The notes: generated by a model from the letters alone, not told the origin. Counted from the first letter of the stretch, positions 9,170-20,665 are shown. The stretch: DNA of 64,000 nt from an uncultured virus (IMG/VR IMGVR_UViG_3300031565_000002) (IMGVR_UViG_3300031565_000002); one strand, 5' to 3'. Program-made: numbers and translations.

Positions 9170-9784
9170 CTATAGTAACTGGTTAAACAGGTTTTCATCC
9201 CCTTGACAAAAAACCTTCAATTGTCGTATCCATGCCTCATTCTTTATCTTAAACATTAACGGAGGATAACCATTTTTTAGCGGTGCTCCCTTACATACCA
9301 CTCCTTCAAATGTCATCCCCTGTAATTTTCCTCTCTTAACATTATCTTCTAAAATCTTATTGACATTTCCCCGATAAAGAAACTTCGCAATATTAAGATC
9401 ACCATATAATCTCAAAAAATTCCTCGGAAGTAAAATCCCCTTTTTATGAGGATTAACATCAATTAATGATAAAAAATGTTCTTCATCTGTATGTTGTCCG
9501 GCAAATGAATTTGGTCCCCAAAATTCAAAGAACCCAATTGCCTTCACGTATCTTTCTTTTCTAAATATATCAGACATCTGTTTTTCAAAATTGGATTTTA
9601 TCAACTCTATTGCTTCCGGAAGGAAGTCTTGGTCTGTACCTATGAGGCGTTTCTTGCTACCAAATTTATGAAATTTTTTCTTTGGAGTCCATTCCGCTCT
9701 AATATTAGACCCATCTAATTTATCAAAGACGTAAACAGGTCTGCCATAATAAATTTCTCTACCAATGGTGGGGTATTGTTTCAT
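9170..9784 (-). CDS. ATP-dependent RNA ligase-like protein
   Basis: KLDGSN motif I, FFEFWG, EGVVCK, FKIK nucleotidyltransferase motifs. Confidence 0.75.
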   Translation of the reverse strand: MKQYPTIGREIYYGRPVYVFDKLDGSNIRAEWTPKKKFHKFGSKKRLIGTDQDFLPEAIELIKSNFEKQMSDIFRKERYVKAIGFFEFWGPNSFAGQHTDEEHFLSLIDVNPHKKGILLPRNFLRLYGDLNIAKFLYRGNVNKILEDNVKRGKLQGMTFEGVVCKGAPLKNGYPPLMFKIKNEAWIRQLKVFCQGDENLFNQLL

Positions 9785-10414
9785 AACGATACTACGAAAT
9801 TAAAGTGCAAAATACTTCATTATTGCTAAACAAATAAAAAGAGCAATCCATCCGATCCACAACTGTAAACTACTAACAGGTCTATTCCATACACCAGGGC
9901 TATCCTTAAACCAACTACTCCAAAATTTCACTTTCTTCTTCATTCCTGCTCTCCTTACCATATTAATATAACAAGAATGAAAATGGAGCGAACAGGTTAT
10001 CACACAAGACCTCATTCTCTTGTACGGTGGAACCCGCTATAGATAATTACTGCTCACTCTCTTCTTTATTCTCATTGCTATATTAATATAACAAGAATGA
10101 GTACAAAAGTAAACTAATTGAATAAAAATTATCTAATACCTAAAAATTCAGCCATTCCTTTTATGAAATTTTTATCCTTACCAGTGTATATCATAACCCC
10201 TGCAAAATCCCTATCGTCCTGATATACCCCGTTACCTTCCATATCAACCTTTAGGAACTTTTTTCTAACTATAAAAACGGGATTATTCTTACATTTTACG
10301 TGGTAATGATCGAACTCTTCTTCATCCACATCGGCAAGTTCATGGAAAACCCATATTTTCTTCAGCCCATTTACACTTGCTTTCTTGTTTATTTTATGCT
10401 TCATAATAATATAA

Positions 10415-10488
10415 TGGGCGATACTGGAATTGAACCAGTGACCTCTTGCATGTCAAGCAAGCACTCTAACCATCTGAGCTAATCACCC
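10415..10488 (-). tRNA. tRNA-Val(GAC)
   Basis: Cloverleaf, loop TTGACAT. Confidence 0.92.
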
Positions 10489-10492
10489 TTTA

Positions 10493-10738
10493 TTAAAAAT
10501 TATCCATTATTTTCTCGATCTCATCTTGCTGATCCCAAACGAAATTAAGATCATCGAGATTCATCCCCTTTGCTTTCCCCATTTTTTCCTCTTCACCTTC
10601 CTTCTGATAATACTCTCTCTTTTCCAACTGAGGAGAACGTTTATTCCAGCTTACTATCTGCAGACGTAATTTATTCCCCCTCATTTCTGTTTCATTTAAT
10701 ACTTTAAGCACATCACATGTTATCTCTTTCTTTGGCAT
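10493..10738 (-). CDS. PC4/YdbC-like ssDNA-binding protein
   Basis: L.IVSWN.R.PQLEKR..Y ... GKAKG pattern. Confidence 0.6.
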   Translation of the reverse strand: MPKKEITCDVLKVLNETEMRGNKLRLQIVSWNKRSPQLEKREYYQKEGEEEKMGKAKGMNLDDLNFVWDQQDEIEKIMDNF

Positions 10739-11726
10739 AAAAAACCTCGCTTGTTAGAGAAAACAGTTCAGCCATACTGTCAGTCGAAACATCTTCCATC
10801 CCTATCTTTTTCATCTCCACATAAATTTTACCGGCAATATCAAACACAAAATAACGATTATTGCCACCATCGTCATCTTTGATATGGATAGAATACTTTT
10901 CAAAATCAGATTCAAGTTTCTTCTCAAACTCATCTTCTGTAATCTGGCCAGTATCCTTTAACTGTAATAATTCTAAAAAATTATTTTTTTTTAAGAGGTT
11001 CGATATAACGGTAAGATAACACTTTTCTTTTTGTCTAGGTAAAAATGTATTTTTCATCATTCTTTTTTTAAATTATCCCATTCCTGTCGGATATTTTCAA
11101 GCCTATCCAATATCCCCTGATCAGACCCACACATAATACCGCTAATCTTATCCATAAGGCTAACTGCTGTTTTTGCAGCAATTAATTTATTTCTACCGGC
11201 AAACGATGTAGATTCCTTTGACATTTCATGTAGTCTATTTATTATCCTATCAACTTTCTCATAACTATCATCACTGCCATATATAATACCAATTATATAT
11301 TTCATGCAAACGTCTGACAATAAATCAGCAATAAATCTTGCATTTTCATCGTCAAACTTTTCAACACTATGTTTGCCAGTGATATAATCAGGAGAAAGTT
11401 TCTCGACAGCCTCCTGAACAAGACATAAAAAATCTTCCGAAAAATCTTCATCGACTTCAGCATTTATTAATATTTTCATTTCAATACACCTTTAGAAAAA
11501 TTCTAATCTATTATTAAAGTGTTCAACCTTTAAATGCTTGACCATTTCCCTTTCGTCTGGTGATAAACCCATAATAACCCTACCAGGCAAGTGCCTTTCC
11601 TGAATAGGATCACCATTACGTAGAGCAATCTCCACATTTTTGCCATGAGGACAACCAACCATATGCCCCAGAAACCACCCTTTACACGCTAACTGTGCTG
11701 CAAATCCATGTAAATCTCGTCTCATA

Positions 11727-12761
11727 CTAACAGCTACTCCTACCTCCACCACAGGAACTACCTCCACTAAATTGCTCCGCAGTCCCTCTCCTTGGTCTCC
11801 TTATTTCTGCTTCTATTCTGTCACTCTCCATTCTTGCTATCTGTGCGCGAGTTAATTCTTCCGACAATGGAGAAGTCTGTTGATCAACTCTTTGTTCATC
11901 TGGATGGGGTTTCTTTCGTGGCTTCTCTTTCCCCATCATACGTATTGATAATATAACATCATCTTCATCATTATGAAGTTCAACGGTCTGTTCAGCCTCC
12001 CAATCAGAAGTAAGAATACCGTTCGGATGCATTATCAACTCATAAATACCATTTAAGCCCTTAGACGGTTCAAGTGAAGATGATTTCCAATTAACCGTCA
12101 CACCATTAATTATCTGGGTTTTAGACCTACATACATCGCACTCAGTAAAATATATAGCATTATACTTAATAAACATTTTTTCGAGAGCACTTGGCGCTTT
12201 TGTCGATCTAACACTATGCCTTTTTCTGAAACTAACCCCACTAGCTCCAACCTCCTTGACATAATCAATATACCTCAAAACATCTGCCTTACTTGAAATA
12301 TTATCCGTTAAAACGGCGTGTAATGTAACATCTATACCAACCTGATTCATCTCATCGCAAATATTCTTCAAATCTCTTGTTGTTGGAATGCCCCTTGCAT
12401 TAAAAATAGAACTATTAACATCATCTTCCCAATGATGACGACTAATATTTACATGATCAACCAGCCCTTTAACCATATCCGGCTCAAGGGCTACGCCATT
12501 GGTCGTAAAAACAACCTTCTCAAATCTCTTCCTTAATATTTTTAATACACTTTTTATTCCGGCACATAAGGTGGGTTCACCACCAGTAACACTAACTTGA
12601 TAAAACTGATCGGGGAGTAAATCTGCAACTTCTTTTAATCTTTTATTAAACTTAGTTATTGATAATGAATCACCTTCTACCCAAAAACAAAAATCACAAT
12701 GAGCATTACAACCACCAGGAACAACTACGGAAAGATTCGGATCTTGTACAACGATATCCAT
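11727..12761 (-). CDS. radical SAM protein
   Basis: CNAHCDFC, TGGEP, TTNG; start moved to ATG downstream of the tRNA. Confidence 0.88.
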   Translation of the reverse strand: MDIVVQDPNLSVVVPGGCNAHCDFCFWVEGDSLSITKFNKRLKEVADLLPDQFYQVSVTGGEPTLCAGIKSVLKILRKRFEKVVFTTNGVALEPDMVKGLVDHVNISRHHWEDDVNSSIFNARGIPTTRDLKNICDEMNQVGIDVTLHAVLTDNISSKADVLRYIDYVKEVGASGVSFRKRHSVRSTKAPSALEKMFIKYNAIYFTECDVCRSKTQIINGVTVNWKSSSLEPSKGLNGIYELIMHPNGILTSDWEAEQTVELHNDEDDVILSIRMMGKEKPRKKPHPDEQRVDQQTSPLSEELTRAQIARMESDRIEAEIRRPRRGTAEQFSGGSSCGGGRSSC

Positions 12762-12781
12762 GAGATCCCTTTCGATAAAAA

Positions 12782-12858
<77 letters not shown>

Positions 12859-12906
12859 TTACTTTTTCCTACAATATAACAAAAATTGTTACATCAGTCA
12901 AAATAA

Positions 12907-12982
12907 TGGTACACCATCAGGGAATCGAACCCCGGACCCACTGATTAAGAGTCAGTTGCTCTACCAACTGAGCTAATGGTGC
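12907..12982 (-). tRNA. tRNA-Lys(CTT)
   Basis: Cloverleaf, loop CTCTTAA, CCA. Confidence 0.92.
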
Positions 12983-13169
12983 ATTTATTCATCTATCCCA
13001 TTAACAGCATTTCTTGCAACCCTTTTATTCTGCTTTCTCTCTTTCTTATGGGTAAGATATTTAGTATATTTTCCAAGACGTTCTCCCTGAGAATGCAACC
13101 TACTCTTCCAATACTCCTTACCCATCTTCCCTGCTTGTTCTGCATTTTCTCCGTGCATAATACCTCAAT

Positions 13170-14018
13170 TTAATCAAGGAATAGTACATTTTTTGCTGCT
13201 CTTGATTTATCTTCAGTATTCAAAGAAACTCTATGCCATACTTCACCAAGATTAATGGTCTTGTGGTCTACATGTGTAATTTTACCTTTAGTCATAACAT
13301 TAGCATCTGCTCGCATGGTAGTCCAGTTCCAATCTCTAGCTCTTGGATTTTTATTTAATATCTTTTTGTATTCACCATCACTCACGCCATTACTGTGCTG
13401 TGGGCAAACCCACACTGAAGTCCCTCCTGTACGAATTAAAAATTCAGCAGTATGAGGATTTCCACCACCTCTTTGCATAGGTTCTTTTTTATGAATTACA
13501 GCATGTATTGGGAGAATAAAATTAGGCATTGGAGTAAAAAAGAATTCTCCCTGACGATGCATTTTTCCGCCCTTTACTCTTTTGTGTCTTTTATGAAGAT
13601 TCTTTGTCTTTACTCTTCCACTCTCAGCCTGTAAAATATCAACCGGTTTTAATGCCTGTTTAGCTCCAATAACAGTACTGACCCCTGCTACTTCAGGAAT
13701 AGCACAACTAAAAAAATGTCTTTCATCAAATCCACAAAGAAATTTCTTTTTATCCCCACCATCTTCTTTAGCCATAAGGAGAATATGACGATCTTTCTTC
13801 TGAACGTCTAAAACCTGCAAATCTATTATATCGCTATTCGATACAATATCAAAGAACTCTCCTTCTTTATCTCTCCGAATATCAATAGATATATCTCCAT
13901 CAACTGGACGATCAGCAAGTTTTATTCTCGCTCCTATACAACTAAATTTCTTTTCAATTGTTGCTACTTTCATAATAATTCCCTCTTTTAAATATGAGGT
14001 GTACGGTAACCCGCACAC
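13170..14018 (-). CDS. hypothetical protein
   Basis: Long ORF; probable start at MKVATIE after GAGGG. Confidence 0.7.
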   Translation of the reverse strand: MCGLPYTSYLKEGIIMKVATIEKKFSCIGARIKLADRPVDGDISIDIRRDKEGEFFDIVSNSDIIDLQVLDVQKKDRHILLMAKEDGGDKKKFLCGFDERHFFSCAIPEVAGVSTVIGAKQALKPVDILQAESGRVKTKNLHKRHKRVKGGKMHRQGEFFFTPMPNFILPIHAVIHKKEPMQRGGGNPHTAEFLIRTGGTSVWVCPQHSNGVSDGEYKKILNKNPRARDWNWTTMRADANVMTKGKITHVDHKTINLGEVWHRVSLNTEDKSRAAKNVLFLD

Positions 14019-14064
14019 CTCATTCCCTTTACATTATACGCATCTATCAAAAATGCGACAATTT

Positions 14065-14277
14065 TTAAAGCGTTACAACGTCCTCTGCCTGCAATCCTTT
14101 CTGGCCTTGCGTAACAGTAAATTCTACTTGCTGCCCTTCCTCAAGAGTAGCATAACCATCCGAACGAATAGCCTTGTAATGGACAAAAACATCATTTCCT
14201 TGTTCCCGCTCAATAAAACCATATCCTTTGGTCGCATTGAACCATTTGACGGAACCTGTCTCACGATCACCAGACAT
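14065..14277 (-). CDS. csp: cold-shock protein
   Basis: [24 protein letters not shown] motifs. Confidence 0.95.
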   Translation of the reverse strand: MSGDRETGSVKWFNATKGYGFIEREQGNDVFVHYKAIRSDGYATLEEGQQVEFTVTQGQKGLQAEDVVTL

Positions 14278-15422
14278 ATACAGATCCTTCCTTTAGATTA
14301 AAAAAACATTACTTACAACGGGAATAAACAAAATTCCCACTTTCTACTTCCTTTTCATTTCCCTATAAAGTTTTACCCAATATGGATCATCAAAATATCT
14401 TTCATGAGGATACGTTGTCGAATTACTGTGAGGAATATCACCAAACCAACCTTTTCCATCCTTATTAAAACTCCATACATCTGAAATCTCCCTCATGACG
14501 GGAAATATTTCTTCATGAGGATATTTCTTAACTAAATTCTTTATTCTATGACGAAGGGCTCTATTGGCAAGCCTCTTGTCATCCTTCTCACTACGTCCAC
14601 CATGACCAATAATAGTGGTTTTCCTGTAAGATTTACCCATTTGACAATCTCCTGTTAGATTATCACATTGGGCACCTCCCTTCAATAATTAATATATTGG
14701 TCATATTCATTTCCTATCAAGCACATGGGGACTTCGCTTTCACCCCTTCTATATCACTTACATAAATAAAATTATCTTCACCCCATTTTTTTATTAATTT
14801 CTTCGTCGCAATCTGTCTCTCAAATCTTCCGTGCCATTGTCCACCTTTACTCGACTTCGAACCATCGTTGAATTCTGAGGGCATACACTGTGAACAGAGA
14901 GCCTTTTTATCACGATCCTTATCCTTATAAAAACCCTGCCCCCTTGTCCAATAATGACCACAAGCAGTATTCTCTACAACTTTACATTCATCACATACAA
15001 ATAAGGGCATTTACTTCCTTTCATCCCAATAACTTTTAGGCACATCATTTAAATTAATCTTATCAACCGACAAATCATTCATATTAACTCTCTCAATAAT
15101 CACACCATCGAGCCAGGGAGCAATTAATTTATACTGCTTCTGCTTGTCATTCTTAAAAATAACCTTGCAATACTCAGTTTTTGTAACTCCATATTTCTGA
15201 TCCCACGTTACTTGATAAACGAGAATTGAGTCCTCGATAAGAATACTTTTGTACTCTTCCCATTCGCCCTTCTCTATTTGTATTGTATCTGCTATCTTAA
15301 TATTAGAAAGATTAATTCCTCGATTAGCATTCCATGTAACCAAAATAATTATAGCCAATATACAGGTAATAACAATAAGTGTTATCGTGGTGCTTTTCTT
15401 CATCGTATCCCCTTTCAAAAAA

Positions 15423-15498
15423 TGGCTGGGATGGCAGGGGTCAAACCTGCGACCTCCGCATCCAGAGTGCGGCGTTCTGTCAACTGAACTACATCCCA
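15423..15498 (-). tRNA. tRNA-Gln(CTG)
   Basis: U1-A72, loop CTCTGGA, G73, CCA. Confidence 0.88.
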
Positions 15499-15775
15499 GT
15501 AATTATCTTCCGCTTTTCATGGATATAACAATACTGCCTGCTACAATATTATAAAGATAATCGAAAGAAAAGTCAATTTCTCTATTAATCTTTTTTAATT
15601 TATTTATAGCCAAAGAAATATCGTATTCTCCTAAAATTAAAGGCACTTTTCTTTTTTCTACACCATTAACCACCACAGCCTGATAGCCCCAATCACTAAT
15701 TTTAGTAAATAAAACTTTCTTATTTCCGAAAACATCTGTCCTTACTACCATAATTAAGCCCGGAATAAATATTTA

Positions 15776-15852
15776 TGGTCGGGATGGGCGGATTTGAACC
15801 GCCGGCCCCTTCGCCCCGAACGAAGTGCGCTACCAGACTGTGCTACATCCCG
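15776..15852 (-). tRNA. tRNA-Pro(CGG)
   Basis: Loop TTCGGGG, CCA. Confidence 0.92.
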
Positions 15853-16677
15853 TTAAATACTATATATCTCATTCCAACAGTTTAAAGCTAACCTTGATGC
15901 TGTCTCAACTATAGGTTTCATATCGCATGCATAAAGACCAGCGCAAGAAAAAGATCCTATTTCAAGAAGATAATATTCATTATCTGCACCTTGACATACA
16001 TCTATAACATATATCGGATCAGGGGAATATTTATTAGCCACAATTTTAGCCAATTCAAACGCCTTATTATGCCATCCCCCCGTACATTCAGACTTTCCAT
16101 TCTCCCGATACATACTACCGGCAACAACTTCACCTTCAGCAACAACAAATCTCCACTCAGCTTTTATATTTTTAGGAGAAGATATTACTATAAGACTATC
16201 CTTATCTGCAAACTCTTCTACCCATTCCCAGTCTTTATCAAAATGCTCAACAGTAAAAATTTTACCATCAAACGTTTTAAATCCAGAGCTAGGTCTAATA
16301 AAAATACAGCCATCTTTCCCTAACCGTTCATACCATCTCTCTTTTGTTCTCTTAAATTCAGAAGCTGGCAGCATTATATAATCATCATTAAAAAGGTATT
16401 CTCCTAAATGCGCATAATAAGTACTACACTCATACTTCTGTAAATAAAGCCAAGGCCCAGGTATCCAGCCTTTCTTACTACGTATTAACTCTCCTGCTAA
16501 TTGCAACGATGCCTGAACTATCACGCAATCATTATCGGAATACTTATCTCTATTCCCAGACTCTATCGGATAATAAGTAATAGGTTCACACTCATACCCC
16601 TGTCGCTTAATTTCTTTAATTAAACGGCCATAATTATTACCCTCGTCAAAATCTTCTACAAGCCATTTAGGTTTCAT
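15853..16677 (-). CDS. ATP-grasp protein (R2K/DUF4343-like)
   Basis: FIRP..K.F.G, EWRFVV, YVIDV, LLEI..FSCAGLY. Confidence 0.75.
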   Translation of the reverse strand: MKPKWLVEDFDEGNNYGRLIKEIKRQGYECEPITYYPIESGNRDKYSDNDCVIVQASLQLAGELIRSKKGWIPGPWLYLQKYECSTYYAHLGEYLFNDDYIMLPASEFKRTKERWYERLGKDGCIFIRPSSGFKTFDGKIFTVEHFDKDWEWVEEFADKDSLIVISSPKNIKAEWRFVVAEGEVVAGSMYRENGKSECTGGWHNKAFELAKIVANKYSPDPIYVIDVCQGADNEYYLLEIGSFSCAGLYACDMKPIVETASRLALNCWNEIYSI

Positions 16678-17111
16678 ATCATTTCCGGCTCAAATATTCC
16701 GTTTTCATCTTCACCTTGATAAATTATTTCCCATTCTCCTGTGCCAATATTAACCATCTTATCCTTCAACTTTTTGGCAAGTTCTCTCCCCCATTTATTA
16801 TACTTCTCTGCCTTACCTTCCTTGAGAGTAGAGTAGTCTTTCTTAAAAGAATCATCATAATACTTTATCCATTCATGAAATTCAGCAGCCAATTCTTTCC
16901 CATCAAAGATATAATCATAATCGACCATTACTCCAGTATGTCCATCCCATATTCCACTACTAGAAAAATCAGCCATTACTTTTAACTTATTATCTTTATA
17001 TCCTTTTACCTCTGCATGATAACATTTAGTCTTATCTTTATTATTATTAGCAGAACAAAGAATCCCTATACAACTACTATTGTAAAGGCAACAATGTATC
17101 ATTTTATATTC

Positions 17112-17891
17112 CTACTTTCTATGGAGGGGGAGAGATGGGATTCGAACCCGCAATATACTCCAATATCCCCTACCTGGAGTCAATATACCAAAATAATTAC
17201 AACGCTTTTTAATAGCAGAACCAGAAACATTATATAATTCTGCTATCTTAACAACTGGTATCTCCCAAACCATTTTTGCTAATTCATCTCTATTAATATT
17301 AAATTTCATCTTTGATAATGGCAAATTACCACTTCCGCCAATACATGAAAGACATAAACCAGTTTTACCTTCACCATATAATACACAACCACAAGAAGTA
17401 CAATTATAAACCCTTATCTTAGATCTACCGCAAAATGTTTTTGTCTGACTATTACAATTAGGGCATAAAAGTCTTAAATTTTCTAATCTATTATCAGTAT
17501 TATCTCCATTTACATGATCGAGGACTAATACAAGTAGAAAATTATTCCATAAAGGTTTCATACTACATAAATAACAAATATTATTTAATAATCCACCCCT
17601 TATTAATCGCTTCTTCAAACGACCTCTATTCTGATATGTAGAATTCTTTACAAGAATATCTTTTAAAGGAATAGTTCGCGTTAAATGTAAATTTTTTCTT
17701 TGATTAATTATCCCATTCTTTATATGAGTATCATCTATACCTAACTCAACAATTCTTTTTTTTAAAGTTTTACAATTACCACCATGATTTTTCAAATCAA
17801 AAAAAGCAAGTATTTCACCATAACTATTAAACCCTTTAACTAATTCAATAAATTTATTTGATTCTAAACTCCATATAATACTCTTATTCAT
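17112..17891 (-). CDS. HNH homing endonuclease
   Basis: LDHVNGDNTDNRLENLRLLCPNCNSQT. Confidence 0.9.
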   Translation of the reverse strand: MNKSIIWSLESNKFIELVKGFNSYGEILAFFDLKNHGGNCKTLKKRIVELGIDDTHIKNGIINQRKNLHLTRTIPLKDILVKNSTYQNRGRLKKRLIRGGLLNNICYLCSMKPLWNNFLLVLVLDHVNGDNTDNRLENLRLLCPNCNSQTKTFCGRSKIRVYNCTSCGCVLYGEGKTGLCLSCIGGSGNLPLSKMKFNINRDELAKMVWEIPVVKIAELYNVSGSAIKKRCNYFGILTPGRGYWSILRVRIPSLPLHRK

Positions 17892-17910
17892 ATAAAATTC
17901 CTATTAAAAA

Positions 17911-17984
17911 CAAGGGAAGAAGGATTCGAACCTTCAACCTTGAGACCCAAAATCTCATGCTCTATCCATTTGAGCTATTCCCCT
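17911..17984 (-). tRNA. tRNA-Gln(TTG)
   Basis: Stem TGAGA/TCTCA, loop TTTTGGG, G73. Confidence 0.85.
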
Positions 17985-19125
17985 ATAAAACATAATTATG
18001 GTCTTCAGGAGAAGGCCTTGGAATATAATTGATATGTCTAAATGCGTCATAATGACTAGCCATAACTAACGACCCATGACCTTTCAAATTAAGAGCCACA
18101 ATCACGACATGTCTATGTGGCTCTTGTTTAATTATTTCATAAAACTCTTCAACAGCCCCACATGGAACTACACTTCCAGTAAAATCAGCATCTTTTATAT
18201 AAGTATGCGAATGAATCATAAAATTAATATTATAATAATAACGATACAACAATAACTGTATCGGAGTATCAACTGACGGTTTATTATCTCCTGTATATTT
18301 CACATTATATCCAAACGAAGTATCTCCTTTAAGGTCTACCGGAACAAACCCGTCAATTCCTATTTCTCTCTTGTCTATATTTCTCCTTGAAACAAAGATT
18401 TGTTTTTCCCCTCGAAACGATGGGAATCCATTCTCACAACGAAAAGAAACATTACCTAATAACCTTGTAGTATCTTTCGCATGTATACAGTCATGAAAAA
18501 CTTCTGCATACTTTCTAGTCAAATCAAAGAACTCCGGTGAAATAACCGGCTTAACTACTTCTGCTTTATACTGACAACTTCTAATCCTAGTGAATCTTCT
18601 CAATTCATTAACCCGACACATCAAGGCTGTTGCAATATTATCTATATTTGTAGATACACAAAAACAATTTCCTAATGGATCATTAACAGATGCCCTTATT
18701 CTACGTAAATCATTATTAGAATTGGCAAACTCCACAAACAAATTACTTTTAGTTTTAAGTGCACGGGAAACCAACTGCATAAATCCATACCTTGAATCAA
18801 GATTATTCTTTGATGTAACAAGGATACGAGTCGGAACTTCAGCCTTTAATCTATTTACCAATTTTTCTTTATCATTAGAAACATCCGGAAACCAAAATAT
18901 TACATCTGCCAATCTGCCAACTAAAGATTCCAATTCACTAAATGTCCCACCATTAAATAAAATTCCTTCGTGATTAATCGAATACATTACTTCAAAAAGT
19001 TTTCTAGCATAACCTGATGGTTTAGGGTCATCTCCCCATTTTCCGGCAACTACAGTATAACGAAACATTCTACCTCCTGGTTTAAGATACTTACTATAAT
19101 ATAACAAATATCTTAAAAAAGTCAT
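17983..19125 (-). CDS. class II aldolase/adducin-domain protein
   Basis: PSVDTP, HSH, NLKGHG; real start probably MFRY. Confidence 0.65.
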   Translation of the reverse strand: MTFLRYLLYYSKYLKPGGRMFRYTVVAGKWGDDPKPSGYARKLFEVMYSINHEGILFNGGTFSELESLVGRLADVIFWFPDVSNDKEKLVNRLKAEVPTRILVTSKNNLDSRYGFMQLVSRALKTKSNLFVEFANSNNDLRRIRASVNDPLGNCFCVSTNIDNIATALMCRVNELRRFTRIRSCQYKAEVVKPVISPEFFDLTRKYAEVFHDCIHAKDTTRLLGNVSFRCENGFPSFRGEKQIFVSRRNIDKREIGIDGFVPVDLKGDTSFGYNVKYTGDNKPSVDTPIQLLLYRYYYNINFMIHSHTYIKDADFTGSVVPCGAVEEFYEIIKQEPHRHVVIVALNLKGHGSLVMASHYDAFRHINYIPRPSPEDHNYVL

Positions 19126-19211
19126 GGGACCGGTTGGATTCGAACCAACGCGGGGCTTATTAACCCTTCGCCTTAAAAGGGCGATGCTCTCGGCCGCTGA
19201 GCGACGATCCC
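19125..19211 (-). tRNA. tRNA-Lys(TTT) with long variable arm
   Basis: Loop CTTTTAA; extra GGGTT-AATA-AGCCC arm. Confidence 0.8.
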
Positions 19212-19218
19212 TAAAAAT

Positions 19219-19295
19219 TGGTCGGGGTGGCCGGACTTGAACCGACGACCTCCTGGTCCCAAACCAGGCGTTCCACCATGCTGAACTACACCCCG
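19219..19295 (-). tRNA. tRNA-Pro(TGG)
   Basis: Loop TTTGGGA, CCA. Confidence 0.92.
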
Positions 19296-19303
19296 ATAAT
19301 TTA

Positions 19304-19381
19304 TGGTAGGCAAGGTAGGATTCGAACCTACGACCCCCTGCTTGTAAGGCAGGTGCTCTATACCAACTGAGCTACTCACCC
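19304..19381 (-). tRNA. tRNA-Val(TAC)
   Basis: Loop CTTACAA, CCA. Confidence 0.92.
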
Positions 19382-19390
19382 ATAATTTAG

Positions 19391-19463
19391 TACCCCCGGT
19401 CCGGTTTGAACGGACGACCCACGCCTTAAAAGGGCGTTGCTCTACCAACTGAGCTACGGAGGC
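19391..19463 (-). tRNA. tRNA-Lys(TTT)
   Basis: Loop CTTTTAA. Confidence 0.9.
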
Positions 19464-19469
19464 ATATAG

Positions 19470-19740
19470 AATCAGTGGGGGGATTCGAACCCATCACCAA
19501 TAATCTACTTCTCTGTCTTACTAACTTAATCTACTAAATATGAATCAACTATAAAGCCTGTCCAGACCTTCCTCTGGCTCACGTTTTTTTGAGCTTGCGC
19601 CCATGCCATGTTGCTTTACAATATAAAACATACCTTTTGAATAACTTTTCCAACAGTCTTTCGATTATCAACGATTTCTCCGCACCAGGAACCAAATGGC
19701 ATGTGCGCTGTCCTGTGCTCTACCGCTGAGCTACACTGAT
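19470..19740 (-). ncRNA. tRNA-like RNA with ~190-nt insertion
   Basis: Acceptor ATCAGTG/CACTGAT, D arm and TTCGAAT T loop flank a long insert. Confidence 0.65.
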
Positions 19741-19749
19741 TCTAATAAC

Positions 19750-20487
19750 TTATTGAAATTTAACTACGCTGTCAAAGAGCATTGTATAATTATCTATTTT
19801 TCTATCATCATGAAAATGTCCACAATAATATTCATCAAACTCAGCCTTCTCACAAACCCTTTGCAAAAATATTGCTGTTGGGTCATCTATCCTACCAGTC
19901 GGACTATCATAAACCTTATCATACTCACCAATAATATTAGACGGCAATGTATGAGCAACTATAATATCGACCTTATTTCCATGTTTCTTTAAATTCCTCC
20001 ACGCATTTCTTTTATCATTTTCATTCGGTAACTCTCCAGGCCACCAATCTTTTCCTTCTATTCTCTTAACCTCTTTAAATTTATTCCCCCTTAAAACTTT
20101 ACTTACCATATCGGTAGTCTTTGCCCCACCAAATACAAATATCTTTTTACCGTTTATTGTATAAACTTCACCCCGTTTAAGATGAAATATATTATCTCTA
20201 ACCCTTCCTACTTTACCCCCAAATTTCTCTCCAACAAATAACTTTGATAACATATCATGATTGTCATGATTACCATCTACAAAAAGTGTCGTCCAAGGTT
20301 TATCGGAAAGCCATTTAAGCCACCATATTTCGCTTTTATCGGGCGGATCGCTCCACAACAACCCAAAGTCACCTGCTATGATTACTACGTCATTTATAGT
20401 CAATTCTCGACCTTCTGGAAACCTTTTAACTCCCAGCTTATAAATATCAGAATAGCCGTGTGTATCTCCAGTTATATAGATCGACAA
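19750..20487 (-). CDS. calcineurin-like metallophosphoesterase
   Basis: GDTHG, AGDFG, GNHD, CGHFH. Confidence 0.9.
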   Translation of the reverse strand: MSIYITGDTHGYSDIYKLGVKRFPEGRELTINDVVIIAGDFGLLWSDPPDKSEIWWLKWLSDKPWTTLFVDGNHDNHDMLSKLFVGEKFGGKVGRVRDNIFHLKRGEVYTINGKKIFVFGGAKTTDMVSKVLRGNKFKEVKRIEGKDWWPGELPNENDKRNAWRNLKKHGNKVDIIVAHTLPSNIIGEYDKVYDSPTGRIDDPTAIFLQRVCEKAEFDEYYCGHFHDDRKIDNYTMLFDSVVKFQ

Positions 20488-20507
20488 GAATTCATCCTTT
20501 TCCCAAT

Positions 20508-20540
20508 AAAAAAAGCCTTCTCTTTTTCAAGAGGAGGCTT
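20508..20540 (-). terminator. attenuator terminator 2
   Basis: AAGCCTCCTCTT-GAAA-AAGAGAAGGCTTTTTTT. Confidence 0.85.
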
Positions 20541-20596
20541 CTTATCTTTTTGTACTTTTATCTATTTTAGGTCAGTTTTAAGATAAAGAATCCCCC

Positions 20597-20665
20597 TCAC
20601 AGTCCAGGTTTCTGTACTGGTTGCGGCTTTACGACAAGCACGGGTTTTCTAATTATAACTGACAT
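20597..20665 (-). CDS. leader peptide 2 MSVIIRKPVLVVKPQPVQKPGL
   Basis: GGAG RBS; stop codon overlaps antiterminator; not in ORF track. Confidence 0.8.
   Translation of the reverse strand: MSVIIRKPVLVVKPQPVQKPGL

Noticed and set aside
19470..19740. tmRNA
   Set aside because: Has a full D stem, lacks G3-U70 and CCA, and no convincing tag frame.
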